From NCBI GenBank assembly GCA_051277005.1, contig JBNMPS010000001.1, forward strand, positions 1,337 through 65,336: DNA of 64,000 bases, given 5' to 3'. This DNA is from Pseudohongiellaceae bacterium. Its GTDB lineage: Bacteria; Pseudomonadota; Gammaproteobacteria; Pseudomonadales; Dasaniaceae. How positions within the stretch are numbered: the first letter of the stretch is position 1; each line of letters begins with the position of its first letter. The position numbers and the translations under genes are program-made. Below the pieces are notes generated by a model, which saw only the letters and a list, made by a program, of their open reading frames with translations, did not search any database and had not been told where the DNA came from. Positions 1 to 9,607 of the stretch are shown in pieces.

Positions 1-340
1 GTTTTCGTATGTAGATCAGATCATTCAATGTCTTCATGTCTTAGCTATAAACCTCTATGTATTCACACTGATTTCCTTAGTGAGTGTTGTTATTTCGATG
101 TTGTGCTTGTGATAAGCCACACTCTTGGCGAGCCTGCTTTGCTTCTTGGTTGCTGATAATCATTACTAAAAGCCCTTGGTTACTTATGTTTAACATTTGT
201 TAAACGACGAGCGGATATTAGTGTTTTAAGCGGGAGAAAGAAGCGGAGGAGCGGGGGGAGTAGTTTATTACTCATTTAAAAGAATGAGTGTGAATTTGAG
301 TGTTGTATATGAGGTAAGATGAAAGTTAAATATTAGGTAT

Positions 341-368
341 AAAAAAAGGAGCCAATAGGCTCCTTTTT
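341..368 (-). terminator. rho-independent terminator hairpin (GGAGCC-AATA-GGCTCC) with flanking A/T runs
   Basis: Perfect 6-bp stem and 4-nt loop, with an A-run on one side and a T-run on the other. It lies directly downstream of the two minus-strand small ORFs. Confidence 0.6.
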
Positions 369-385
369 AAATTGAGTGCTAGTTA

Positions 386-532
386 TTAGGCCGCTTGGCT
401 TAAAGATTTTTTCTGATCTTTAGAGGTAAACTCTTCAAAGCTGACGTGACCTACAGACTTAGCAACTTTGTTAAGTTCTGTTTCAATAACATCGAGGCAA
501 GACATTATTTTTTTGTAGTTTTCTTTTTTCAT
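386..532 (-). CDS. hypothetical small protein (48 aa, below ORF-track cutoff)
   Basis: Own translation: MKKENYKKIMSCLDVIETELNKVAKSVGHVSFEEFTSKDQKKSLSQAA. The ATG at 532 has an AGGGGA Shine-Dalgarno 5 nt upstream and follows the stop of the 544..738 ORF by 11 nt. A terminator follows. No family recognised. Confidence 0.3.
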   Translation of the reverse strand: MKKENYKKIMSCLDVIETELNKVAKSVGHVSFEEFTSKDQKKSLSQAA

Positions 533-543
533 AAAGTTCCCCT

Positions 544-738
544 TTAGTCTTTCACTAACTCTAACGCACCAATTTGTTTAGATGCGATATCCATAAATTC
601 ATCAAGTTGGGCCATGCAGTCCACAATAGCTTTATCGTCTCTGTCGACAATACCTTGAGCTATATCTCTCATGTACTCAGCTAATTCCACCGCATGAGCT
701 GTACCTATATGAGACTCTTCTCTTAATATAGTTCCCAA
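544..738 (-). CDS. hypothetical protein (64 aa, TTG start; an internal ATG is also possible)
   Basis: ORF track. It is arranged to allow translational coupling with the 48-aa ORF downstream. No recognisable motif. Confidence 0.35.
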   Translation of the reverse strand: MGTILREESHIGTAHAVELAEYMRDIAQGIVDRDDKAIVDCMAQLDEFMDIASKQIGALELVKD

Positions 739-1107
739 TAGTTCGCAATTACGCTAAAAGACGGATTTACCAAGTCTAGGTTAGGAAACGGTAAATGCAA
801 AACGCTCCGTGCACACTTCGCTAATTCCTGAATCCGTGTAAAAACAACGTTGGCATCCATGCTTACATCTAGCATCTATACTATAGTCGCATATAAAGTG
901 AGCGACGAGAATGCATGCTTTAGAGATATTAGTATAGGCTATTTAGCTCAACTTACATCAAATTGCATCAAGTTAAATTGATAATAGATGCTTGTTGAAT
1001 AACAGGCAAGTAGTGACGATTAGGGGGACATTCAGGGCACGGGTGAATTTTTGGCTCTGCCCCTCTTGTTACTGGCCGCCCTAACTCATTGTTATTAATG
1101 GAAAAAA

Positions 1108-1184
1108 TGGCGCGCCCGACAGGATTCGAACCTGTGACCAACGGCTTCGGAAGCCGCTACTCTATCCAGCTGAGCTACGGGCGC
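1108..1184 (-). tRNA. argX: tRNA-Arg (anticodon CCG)
   Basis: The reverse complement folds as a cloverleaf: acceptor GCGCCCG/CGGGCGC, D-arm GCTC..GAGT, anticodon stem GCGGC/GCCGT with loop TTCCGAA (CCG), T-arm ACAGG-TTCGAAT-CCTGT, and an encoded CCA. The acceptor, D and T arms are near-identical to E. coli tRNA-Arg(CCG). Confidence 0.95.
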
Positions 1185-1223
1185 ATAACGCTGTAAATTG
1201 TTCTTGTTCTGTTTAAGCCGTTG

Positions 1224-1364
1224 GTGACCAACGGATTAATATTATTCGCTTAAGGCTAATAACACCCCTTCGGAGACGTCAAATTTTACTTTAGGTGAAA
1301 TTTGTCAGAAGCCGCTACTCTAGTCAGCGGTATCCGTCCCGAGCATAAAAGCTACAACCGGGCG
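1224..1364 (-). pseudogene. decayed second tRNA-Arg copy (fragments interrupted by insertions)
   Basis: GTGACCAACGG (1224-1234), GAAGCCGCTACTCTA (1308-1322) and GCTAC..GGGCG (1351-1364) repeat segments of the intact tRNA in the same order. The 5-prime flank TATAACTCTGTAAGTTG resembles ATAACGCTGTAAATTG next to the intact gene. No cloverleaf can be formed. Confidence 0.45.
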
Positions 1365-1585
1365 TATAACTCTGTAAGTTGGTTGAATAGAACTCAGCTC
1401 TGTTTGGGCTGGCCTATTCGATAAAAAAGGAATTATACAGATTCGCGTTTATTTGGCACGGTTTTAATCAAGGATTTAACGATAATAGGGCTGGGCTTTC
1501 CGCCGAGGAGATAACTGGCTATAATCCCTCACTATGATAAGGCCTACATTTTGGCCATTTATTGACTTATTAGAGGGCGTCGATA

Positions 1586-2020
1586 GTGAACAGCATTAAA
1601 AATAACGCAATGATTAAATTAGGTTCGCTAATATTAGCGACGGTTTTCAGTTTGTCAGCTTTGGCAATTTCTGAGAGAAATGAAGCGGCGGTCAAAGATC
1701 GTACAGCACCGGTGGCGAAAGTTTGCTTACAAGGAGATGACAGCTGTGGTGCTCCAGTGGTCGCCGCGGCCACCGGCCCTAAGTCGGCTGAAGATATTTA
1801 TAACGGTAGTTGTGCGGCTTGTCATAGCACTGGTGCTGCGGGTGCGCCAAAGCTTGGTGACATCGCTGCTTGGTCTCCTCGTTTAGCAAAGGGCATGGAT
1901 GTTTTATATAGTAATGGTATTAATGGTATTAATGGTATGCCTCCAAAGGGTCTGTGCATGAGCTGTTCTGACGATGAGATTAAAGCGACGGTTGAGTACA
2001 TGGCTGAAAACAGCAAGTAA
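1586..2020 (+). CDS. cycB: cytochrome c5-type class I c-type cytochrome (signal peptide; start may be the ATG at 1610)
   Basis: Heme motif CAACH, the distal ligand context GMPPKG, and the Cys pair CMSC typical of cytochrome c5. It has an N-terminal signal peptide. Position next to rep matches Pseudomonas. Confidence 0.85.
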   Translation: MNSIKNNAMIKLGSLILATVFSLSALAISERNEAAVKDRTAPVAKVCLQGDDSCGAPVVAAATGPKSAEDIYNGSCAACHSTGAAGAPKLGDIAAWSPRLAKGMDVLYSNGINGINGMPPKGLCMSCSDDEIKATVEYMAENSK

Positions 2021-2048
2021 CAATATGGTTTGATCGTTCGATAGTGTT

Positions 2049-2080
2049 AAAAAAACCGTGGCATGGCTGCGGTTTTTTTA
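2049..2080 (+). terminator. rho-independent terminator after the cytochrome gene
   Basis: AAAAAACCG..CGGTTTTTTT hairpin followed by a T-run. Confidence 0.7.
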
Positions 2081-2149
2081 TGTTTGAAGTTTTTGACGAT
2101 GGCTATGATTTGCTTATCGTGATGCCTGCATAAACGCTAAGATCGAGAC

Positions 2150-3853
2150 TTAAAAACGTTGCTTGGCATGCACGCGGATCCCCCAGCTGTCGACATTAGC
2201 GCCTGAGGTGAGTGTTTTGGCGACGTCAAAGTGGATGACGTTGCGCCCGCTAGAGCGAATAGAGGCCATACGGACGCCAAAACCAAAACTGGCTAAGGCT
2301 GAACTCTCTTCGTTGGCGGTGGTGATATTATCACCACCCCAAGCGCGGCCGGCGTCAAAGAAGGCAACCCAGGCAATGCGTACCAGCCGATACAGCTCTA
2401 TACCGGGATAATGGCGAGCTTCTAAGCTTGTTTGCCAACGATTACTACCCTGTTGGTATTGAGCGGGGTAGCCTCTAACAGTGGGCTGCGCGATAGTTGT
2501 TATCTCAAAATCATTATCATCGTCGCTAATCTCACCGCCAAGTGTGATGGGGCGATCTAGGTAATTGTTGTCACTCAGGGTGAGCTCAGTTTTAAGATAG
2601 AGTTTATTGGACGGGTTCCAGTTGTAAAAATATTCTAGGCCTGTGGCGACTTTGTAATAGTCACTGTTAGCGACGCCAAAATCTAAGGCGGTGCTAACAG
2701 AGCCAAACACAAGGTGCTTACCGGATAGTAGCCCCTTGGTGCTATGAGTGCGCAGGTGCCCAGCAAGGTCATCTTGGTTGTCGCTATCGTCGGTTTCGAT
2801 ACCCAGCCGAATAATGTGTTGCCAGCCTAAGTGGTGATCTTCTTTTTCTTGAATAAAGTGCACATCGGGTATGACTTCATAATCGTTCTCGATAACTTGA
2901 AATTGCGCCCAAGGGTAAACAAACTCTCTATCGTTAGGGGTTGCTAGAGTGACGCTATCGACGTCGTCGGTGGGGGCAAAGCTTTCTTCGTTGCTGGTGA
3001 AGCCCAGGGTGATACGCGAAACCCAATTATTGACTTTACCCTCTGACCAGCCATAGCCGGCTTCAAAAAAAGTTTGTTGGGCCTTGAAGACATTCTCGTC
3101 ATCGTCATTACCGTTTTGATCGATGTGTAAGTCTTGTTCGTGGTGCTCGCTATTAAAGTAGTAGCTTTTGGTGGAATTGAGGGTGTAAAACGGCTTTCTC
3201 AAGCTTGCTGCGTAGCGATAGCCGTCATCATTATTAAAGGCGGCCATGGAGAGTGTGCTGTGCCTTAAGCTAGTAATAGGGGCTGAGAGTTTGATCCCGT
3301 AGCCGGCGCGGTCACCGTCACTAAAATATTTAAAGTTACTTTGTATGCCTAAGCCAAGTAGGTTGTCATCTTGAATGCCGTAAGAGTATTTGTTTTCGCC
3401 GCCTGAGCGGCTGAAGTTTACTCGGGGGTACAATGTCCAGTGATCCCACGTTTTAACTTTTACGACGCCATCGGGGTGATGATTACAATCGGTGGAAAGC
3501 TCGACTTTGGCATCTCGAATATAGCTTAATTTTCGAAGTAGGCGCTCACTCTCTTGCACATCTTCTAGGGTAATATCGTCACCTTCTTCAAAGCTGAGTC
3601 GGCTTTCAATGATATGAGGTTTGGTGTTGATGTGGAGATCGTTAGCTAAACGATGTAGCCAGATTGATTGGTCGTCAATTTCAAAAATGGTGAAGTTTTC
3701 GATGTCGATGCTTTTGATGTTAACGTTTTTGGGCGGTGTGGTTTGGCCGGTACCGGGCTTGCATTCGGCATGGTCTGCGTATAGGGCGGGTGAAAATAGT
3801 AAGTTGCAGCAAGAGGCGGCTGCTAATAATAAGAGGGGTTGTCTTATTGCCAT
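2150..3853 (-). CDS. Omp85/BamA-superfamily outer-membrane beta-barrel protein (surface antigen D15-like) with an N-terminal POTRA-like segment
   Basis: Signal peptide, a POTRA-like region (NIKSIDIENFTIFE...LLRKLSYIRDAKVEL), alternating beta-strand pattern, and the C-terminal OMP signature ...HAKQRF. Confidence 0.7.
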   Translation of the reverse strand: MAIRQPLLLLAAASCCNLLFSPALYADHAECKPGTGQTTPPKNVNIKSIDIENFTIFEIDDQSIWLHRLANDLHINTKPHIIESRLSFEEGDDITLEDVQESERLLRKLSYIRDAKVELSTDCNHHPDGVVKVKTWDHWTLYPRVNFSRSGGENKYSYGIQDDNLLGLGIQSNFKYFSDGDRAGYGIKLSAPITSLRHSTLSMAAFNNDDGYRYAASLRKPFYTLNSTKSYYFNSEHHEQDLHIDQNGNDDDENVFKAQQTFFEAGYGWSEGKVNNWVSRITLGFTSNEESFAPTDDVDSVTLATPNDREFVYPWAQFQVIENDYEVIPDVHFIQEKEDHHLGWQHIIRLGIETDDSDNQDDLAGHLRTHSTKGLLSGKHLVFGSVSTALDFGVANSDYYKVATGLEYFYNWNPSNKLYLKTELTLSDNNYLDRPITLGGEISDDDNDFEITTIAQPTVRGYPAQYQQGSNRWQTSLEARHYPGIELYRLVRIAWVAFFDAGRAWGGDNITTANEESSALASFGFGVRMASIRSSGRNVIHFDVAKTLTSGANVDSWGIRVHAKQRF

Positions 3854-3974
3854 TAATTGACTCGATGCTAGTGATTAGAAGTATTGTTCTAGGGTTATAA
3901 CTGTACAGCCGCAGGCTAGTGCCAATGTGCGACATAATAATTACATGTTAGTTAACTTACTGATAAATAGATAA

Positions 3975-5984
3975 CTAATCAAATAAGTTCTTTAGGCTGG
4001 AAAGTGTTTGTTTGCCCCGTTCTTTGGCGTTAGAGGCGTCATGCTCTGGGCCACCTTGCCAAACAACATCATCATAGGGTAGCTCATCTAGGAAGCGACT
4101 TGGGGCGCAGTCTAACATTTCGCCAAACTGCTTACGTTTAGCGCAAAGAGTCAGTGTGAGGCTGCGCTTGGCGCGGGTGATACCCACATAACAGAGCCGG
4201 CGCTCTTCTTCAATATTATCCTCTTCAATACTGTTGCGATGGGGCAGTATCTCCTCTTCCATGCCAATAATATAAACGTGAGGAAACTCCAGACCTTTGG
4301 AGGCGTGCAGTGTCATAAGCTGCACTTTACCACTAGCTTCCTCTTCGTCTTCTTGTTGTTCCATAAGGTCACGTAATACCAGCTTGGTGATGGCCGCTTC
4401 GATGCTGTTGTCTTCATCCTCGACTTTTGCCAAGGTATTACCGAGTTGCTCAACGAGGATGCTAACATTATTAAAGCGTTTTTCGGCGGTGGCGCTGCTG
4501 GAGCTATTTTGATGTAGCCAAGCTTCGTAATCGATATCGGCAATCATTTCGCGAATAGCCCAAATGGGGTTTTCACCTTGGCATTGCTCAATGACTTTAT
4601 CAAGCCAATAGGTAAACTCTCGCAAACGTTTAACGCCAGCTTCGCCCACTTGTTGTTCCAGCCCTTGTTCGTGGCAGGCGCTGTACATGCTGATGTCGTG
4701 TAGGGTAGAGAAGGTGCCTAGGCCTTCTAAGGTGGCTGCACCAATTTTGCGTCTTGGGGTGTTGATGATGCGCAAAAAGGCATTGTCATCGTCGGTGTTA
4801 ATAATCAGGCGTAGGTAAGCCATGATGTCTTTGATTTCATGCCGTGAGAAGAAAGAGGTGCCGCCTGATAAATGATAAGGCACTTGGTGGTGTTGCAGCT
4901 TTAGTTCCAATAATCGTGACTGATGGTTGCCCCGATAAAGAATGGCGTAGTCACAAAACTGGGTGCCGTTACATAATTTGTGATCGAGAATCTCGGTGAC
5001 CACGCGCTCGCATTCCACTTCTTCATTACGGCAGCGGACAATACGAATCGGGTCGCCATAGCCCAGCTCACTCCACAGGCTTTTATCAAACACATGAGGG
5101 TTGTGAGCGATTACTTGGTTGGCAGCCTTGAGGATACGGGCAGTAGAGCGGTAATTTTGCTCCAATTTGATAACTTTTAGCGCGGGATAATCAGTTTGCA
5201 GTTGCACCATGTTTTCGGGCCGTGCACCACGCCAAGCGTAGATGGACTGATCGTCGTCGCCCACCACGGTTAACTTGCCGCTATCGCCCACCAGCAGCTT
5301 AACTAACAGATATTGGGTGATGTTGGTATCTTGGTATTCATCTACCAGCATGTAGCGAATTTTGCGCTGCCACTTTTGGAGTATTTCGGTCTCAGCTAAA
5401 AACAGTTGCACGGGTACCAGTATTAAGTCATCAAAGTCGAAGGCGTTGTAGGCTTTAAGGGCGCGCTGATAATGTTCATAAGTAGTGGCGCAAAGTATAT
5501 CGGTGGGGTCGTCGGCTTGTTGCATGGCCTGGGCGGGGCTGACCATGTCATTTTTCCAGTTGGAGATTCTGTGTTGGATGGTGTCGGCTTGGTCAGTATC
5601 GCCTCCGTGCTCTTGCAAGAGCAGGTCTTTGATGAGTGCCTGTCCATCTTGCTGATCAAAAATCGAAAAGCCCGATTTATAACCCAGTGTTTTATGTTCC
5701 TTGCGGATAATGTTCAACCCTAGGTTATGAAAGGTCGACACGGTCAAGCCACGGCTAGCCGGGCCTTTGATCAACTGACCCACACGTTCTTTCATTTCCC
5801 TCGCCGATTTATTGGTAAAGGTCACCGCGGCGATGTTATTGGCACGGTAATTACACTGATTGATTAAGTGGGCAATCTTGCGGACGATGACGCTGGTTTT
5901 ACCACTACCGGCGCCTGCCAGTACGAGTAAGGGGCCGTCTATATAGTCGACGGCTTCGCGTTGTCGGGGGTTGAGTTTAGACAC
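3975..5984 (-). CDS. rep: ATP-dependent DNA helicase Rep
   Basis: The N-terminus LNPRQREAV..GPLLVLAGAGSGKTSVIVRKIAHLI and the UvrD/Rep helicase motifs run throughout. At 669 aa it matches E. coli Rep (673 aa). Confidence 0.95.
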   Translation of the reverse strand: MSKLNPRQREAVDYIDGPLLVLAGAGSGKTSVIVRKIAHLINQCNYRANNIAAVTFTNKSAREMKERVGQLIKGPASRGLTVSTFHNLGLNIIRKEHKTLGYKSGFSIFDQQDGQALIKDLLLQEHGGDTDQADTIQHRISNWKNDMVSPAQAMQQADDPTDILCATTYEHYQRALKAYNAFDFDDLILVPVQLFLAETEILQKWQRKIRYMLVDEYQDTNITQYLLVKLLVGDSGKLTVVGDDDQSIYAWRGARPENMVQLQTDYPALKVIKLEQNYRSTARILKAANQVIAHNPHVFDKSLWSELGYGDPIRIVRCRNEEVECERVVTEILDHKLCNGTQFCDYAILYRGNHQSRLLELKLQHHQVPYHLSGGTSFFSRHEIKDIMAYLRLIINTDDDNAFLRIINTPRRKIGAATLEGLGTFSTLHDISMYSACHEQGLEQQVGEAGVKRLREFTYWLDKVIEQCQGENPIWAIREMIADIDYEAWLHQNSSSSATAEKRFNNVSILVEQLGNTLAKVEDEDNSIEAAITKLVLRDLMEQQEDEEEASGKVQLMTLHASKGLEFPHVYIIGMEEEILPHRNSIEEDNIEEERRLCYVGITRAKRSLTLTLCAKRKQFGEMLDCAPSRFLDELPYDDVVWQGGPEHDASNAKERGKQTLSSLKNLFD

Positions 5985-6195
5985 TAAAACACTACTTTAA
6001 GGGTATAAAAAGAACCGTGCATTGTAGCAGTTGTATAAAATAATGGTGTGAAATGTAAATATTTGCACCGTTATATGTTATAAAGTCTTGGAATTTTTAT
6101 TAAGAGAAGATTATAACCTGTTGAATTGGTTATAATAACCGCAGTCATAAAGAGAGAGTTAGGGGCCAAGGACAGGAACCGTCAAGGTTTGTTAT

Positions 6196-7899
6196 ATGAG
6201 AAATGCCTCAGTACGGATATTGTTAGCCGGTGGTGAACAAAGTCAGTATCAGCTGCTTTTAGAGCAACTGAAGCACATTAAACGTGAGCCTTACCTACTG
6301 GTTTGGCTTGAAGACTTTGACCATGCGGCGCGAGAACTGACGGTCGAGCAATATGATTTGGTGCTGCTTGATTGTCAATCCAGCCCCGAAAGTGCCTTGT
6401 GTTTTCTGACCAACCTCCAGCAAATGTATGCCAAGCCCTGTATCGCTCTGTTCGAACAAGTTGAGAGCGACTTAAGTGTTTTGGCACGAGATTTAGGCGC
6501 AATCGACTGCCTGTCGACTGACAATTTACACGCCAATATTATTGAGCGCTCTTTCCGTTATGCATTGGATCGCGGTGTCGTCGAAAAGAAGCTAACCGAA
6601 TCGCACCTCTATGACCCGCTAACCGGCATTCCCAATCGACAAATGTTCAGGCAGTCGCTGGACACCGCTATCAAACACGCCCAGCAACATAAGAGTCATT
6701 TGGGTTTGTTAGTGATCAATCTCGATGGTTTTAAACGGGTCAATCAGTCTTACAGCATGGATGCCGCTGATGAAATAGTGTGCACTATGGCTCGGCGACT
6801 GTCGCGCTGCATGCGGAAAACCGATAATTTGGCCCGCATGGGTGGCGATGAGTTTGCGCTGCTATTAGATGATAGCCACGGCCCAGATGATGCGGCCTTA
6901 GTGGCCCGTAAAGTTATCGATGCACTCGCGGCGCCTTATATGATTGAGGGTGTGCCTTTAATTGTTAGCTGTAGTATTGGCGTGGCCATGTGCCCCGAAT
7001 CAGGTGAAACGGTAGATGGCTTGCTGAAACGCGCCAATATGGCAATGCAAGAAGCCAAGGCGCTACGTGGTAGCCAGTACCATTTTTTTGACGAACAAAC
7101 TCAGGTCATCGCTCGGCAGCGAGTGAGTTTAGAAAAAGAGTTGCGCAGTGCGCTTCGCACCAATCAATTTGAATTGTATTACCAGCCCCGAGTTGATCTG
7201 GACACCGGTGAAACCGTGGGCATGGAAAGCCTCATTCGCTGGCCGCATCCGGTGCACGGTTTTATTTCACCAGCAGATTTTATTCCCGTAGCGGAAGAGT
7301 GCGGCTTAATTGTTCCTATTGGTTACTGGGTTATTGAGCAAGCTTGTAAGGATATGAAGTGTTTTGATGATAGGGGGAGGGCTAATTTACATGTGGCGGT
7401 GAATATATCTTTTAAGCAACTGCAAGATAATATGTTTGTTGAAACGGCGACGCGTATTATCAAGGCCAGCAAAATTGATCCGTATCGCTTAGAATTTGAA
7501 CTAACAGAAACGGCCATTATGTCGAATTACCAGCAAACCTATGACGGGATGATGGCCTTAAGCCAGCTAGGGATTACTTTTTCATTGGATGATTTTGGGA
7601 CTGGTTTTTCATCTTTTGCTCATATTCAGCGCCTGCCCATTTCAGCGTTAAAAATTGATAGAAGCTTTATTCGTAATGTGACGGAAAATCATGGTGACGC
7701 GGAAATTGTTAAAGCCATGATTAATTTAGCTAATAGCCTAAGCTTAAAAGTCATTGCCGAGGGTGTTGAAACATTAGAGCAAATTCAATTTCTATGGCAT
7801 AACAAGTGTGAGCAGGTACAAGGTTTTTACTTTAGCCCTGCGGTGTGTGTATCTGACTTTAATATGATTATTGATGAGCGCGCGACAGTAACGGCGTAA
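6196..7899 (+). CDS. REC-like/GGDEF/EAL c-di-GMP turnover protein
   Basis: Intact GGDEF motif (MGGDEFALLL). The EAL domain carries ESLIRW, ELTE, DDFGTG, KIDRSF, EGVE and QG. The N-terminal receiver-like fold has LVLLD. Confidence 0.9.
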   Translation: MRNASVRILLAGGEQSQYQLLLEQLKHIKREPYLLVWLEDFDHAARELTVEQYDLVLLDCQSSPESALCFLTNLQQMYAKPCIALFEQVESDLSVLARDLGAIDCLSTDNLHANIIERSFRYALDRGVVEKKLTESHLYDPLTGIPNRQMFRQSLDTAIKHAQQHKSHLGLLVINLDGFKRVNQSYSMDAADEIVCTMARRLSRCMRKTDNLARMGGDEFALLLDDSHGPDDAALVARKVIDALAAPYMIEGVPLIVSCSIGVAMCPESGETVDGLLKRANMAMQEAKALRGSQYHFFDEQTQVIARQRVSLEKELRSALRTNQFELYYQPRVDLDTGETVGMESLIRWPHPVHGFISPADFIPVAEECGLIVPIGYWVIEQACKDMKCFDDRGRANLHVAVNISFKQLQDNMFVETATRIIKASKIDPYRLEFELTETAIMSNYQQTYDGMMALSQLGITFSLDDFGTGFSSFAHIQRLPISALKIDRSFIRNVTENHGDAEIVKAMINLANSLSLKVIAEGVETLEQIQFLWHNKCEQVQGFYFSPAVCVSDFNMIIDERATVTA

Positions 7900-7935
7900 A
7901 TCCTCCCTCTTTTTTGGCGTTTTAAGTTTCATCTT

Positions 7936-8811
7936 ATGAATCAACAAAATCGTAACGCCCCACAGCAATTCCATATCAATATTGTAAATGAAGCTAAGCC
8001 GGTAGAGACACTCGCTTCGGCAACCGGCCTTAGTAAACAAGATATCAAAAAGTGTATGCAGAAGGGCGCTGTATGGCTGAGTAGGGGCGGTGGCACCAAG
8101 CGCCTGCGACGTGCTGACCGAGCCTTAAAGCCACAAGATGAGCTGCATTTATATTACAACCCTGAGGTGTTGAATCAGATTGTCCCCGAGGCAAAGCTAA
8201 TCGCCGATGAGGGCAGCTATAGCATTTGGTACAAACCCTACGGCATGTTATCACAAGGTTCTAAGTGGAGTGACCACTGCACTATCACTCGTTTTGCCGA
8301 ACAACATTTAAGCCCGCAGCGGGCGGTTTTTTTAGTGCATCGCTTGGATAGGGCAACCACGGGGTTAATTATTATTGCGCACAGTAAAAAAATGGCGCAG
8401 TGGTTTAGCTATGCTTTTGAATGCCGAGACATCAGCAAAAAGTATCAGGCGATAGTGATGGGCGATTTCACCCCAATGCCACAGACAAAAACCGTTGATA
8501 TAGAAATAGATGATAAAACCGCACGAAGCCATTTTTTACTTTTGAGGTATAACGCTACGGCGAATATTTCATTATTGGATGTGGATATCGAGACGGGTCG
8601 TAAACATCAAATTCGCAAGCATTTATCTGCGATAGGGTTCCCCATTGTCGGGGATCGATTACACGGGCGTGGTGAGCAGGCGGTTGATTTACAGCTGTGC
8701 GCTTATGAATTACGTTTTGTTTGTGCTGAAAGCCTGCAAGAAAAGAGGTTTTGTTTGCCGCAGAACTTGAACTTAAATTTACAAAAAACGGCAGATCAGT
8801 TAGGCCGCTAA
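7936..8811 (+). CDS. RluA-family pseudouridine synthase
   Basis: Catalytic motif HRLDRATTGLIIIA and the C-terminal GRKHQIRKHL motif. Confidence 0.85.
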   Translation: MNQQNRNAPQQFHINIVNEAKPVETLASATGLSKQDIKKCMQKGAVWLSRGGGTKRLRRADRALKPQDELHLYYNPEVLNQIVPEAKLIADEGSYSIWYKPYGMLSQGSKWSDHCTITRFAEQHLSPQRAVFLVHRLDRATTGLIIIAHSKKMAQWFSYAFECRDISKKYQAIVMGDFTPMPQTKTVDIEIDDKTARSHFLLLRYNATANISLLDVDIETGRKHQIRKHLSAIGFPIVGDRLHGRGEQAVDLQLCAYELRFVCAESLQEKRFCLPQNLNLNLQKTADQLGR

Positions 8812-9366
8812 CTCAGCCATTTTTTTCTCGATAGTGATTTTAATGTCTGAGCGCTGAAACATCGACAACCGCTCAAGCTTGTCCAGTTGGACGCGGTGTA
8901 AATGCATAGCGGGAATATTGCCATTGATAAGATGAAGGTCTTTGTTGATCATCACGGGTAAGAAATTACCTTCACCAAAAGTTTTTTCTAACTTCTTAAT
9001 ACCCTCAGCTAATGGCATAGTATGAACTTTACCGGTTTTTTTTGAGCGAAACAGCATAGACAAGTTGCCACTAAAATCGGTTTGAGTCAGCTCACTGGGA
9101 ATAATGCGAATGCCCGTAGGCACGATGGCTTCACTATCAACATTGCTAAAGGTATCGTGATAGGCATGAGGGTTAGGCAGGGCAACAATACGTTTTGACC
9201 CGTTGCTAACCGGCATCATTTCGTAATTGGAATAGAGCTGGTCAACAGTATTTGAAAATAAGCATAAAGCGGACTCAAAGCGCTTAAGAAATTGCACGGC
9301 ACTTTCAGCGTATTGGGTGTTACCTACCTTCCATACTAAATCTTGATTCGTTGCCATGATCTTCAT
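8800..9366 (-). CDS. hypothetical protein (188 aa)
   Basis: Long ORF with no competing frame. It converges on the pseudouridine synthase gene with a 12-nt overlap. No family recognised. Confidence 0.5.
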   Translation of the reverse strand: MKIMATNQDLVWKVGNTQYAESAVQFLKRFESALCLFSNTVDQLYSNYEMMPVSNGSKRIVALPNPHAYHDTFSNVDSEAIVPTGIRIIPSELTQTDFSGNLSMLFRSKKTGKVHTMPLAEGIKKLEKTFGEGNFLPVMINKDLHLINGNIPAMHLHRVQLDKLERLSMFQRSDIKITIEKKMAELAA

Positions 9367-9591
9367 TCCGGTTGGGTCGTAATGCTAAAGCAGTTGAGGT
9401 TTAGCCTTGTTGTTTGCTTGAGCTTTTGGCCTAACGCTACACTTACTCTAGGCTAGTGGGGATGAATTGCAATGGTTTAGGCCATAGAGGCTAGGGCCAT
9501 AGGTTTTGTTAAAAGTGGTAAAACAGTTGTTATTTCAAAGGCTTAGCTTGCGAGCGATGGCCAGTTGGTTGCTTACAGTACGTTCACATTT

Positions 9592-9607
9592 TGTGACGGC
9601 TGTCACA
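9592..9607. promoter_or_regulatory. perfect CRP/Vfr-type palindrome TGTGA-N6-TCACA
   Basis: TGTGACGGCTGTCACA read directly. It lies in the 427-bp intergenic region upstream of the 188-aa gene. Confidence 0.45.

Noticed and set aside
386-738. Toxin-antitoxin interpretation of the coupled 64-aa/48-aa ORF pair
   Set aside because: Only the size and coupling fit. Neither peptide shows a motif of any TA family I recognise, and one ORF relies on a TTG start.
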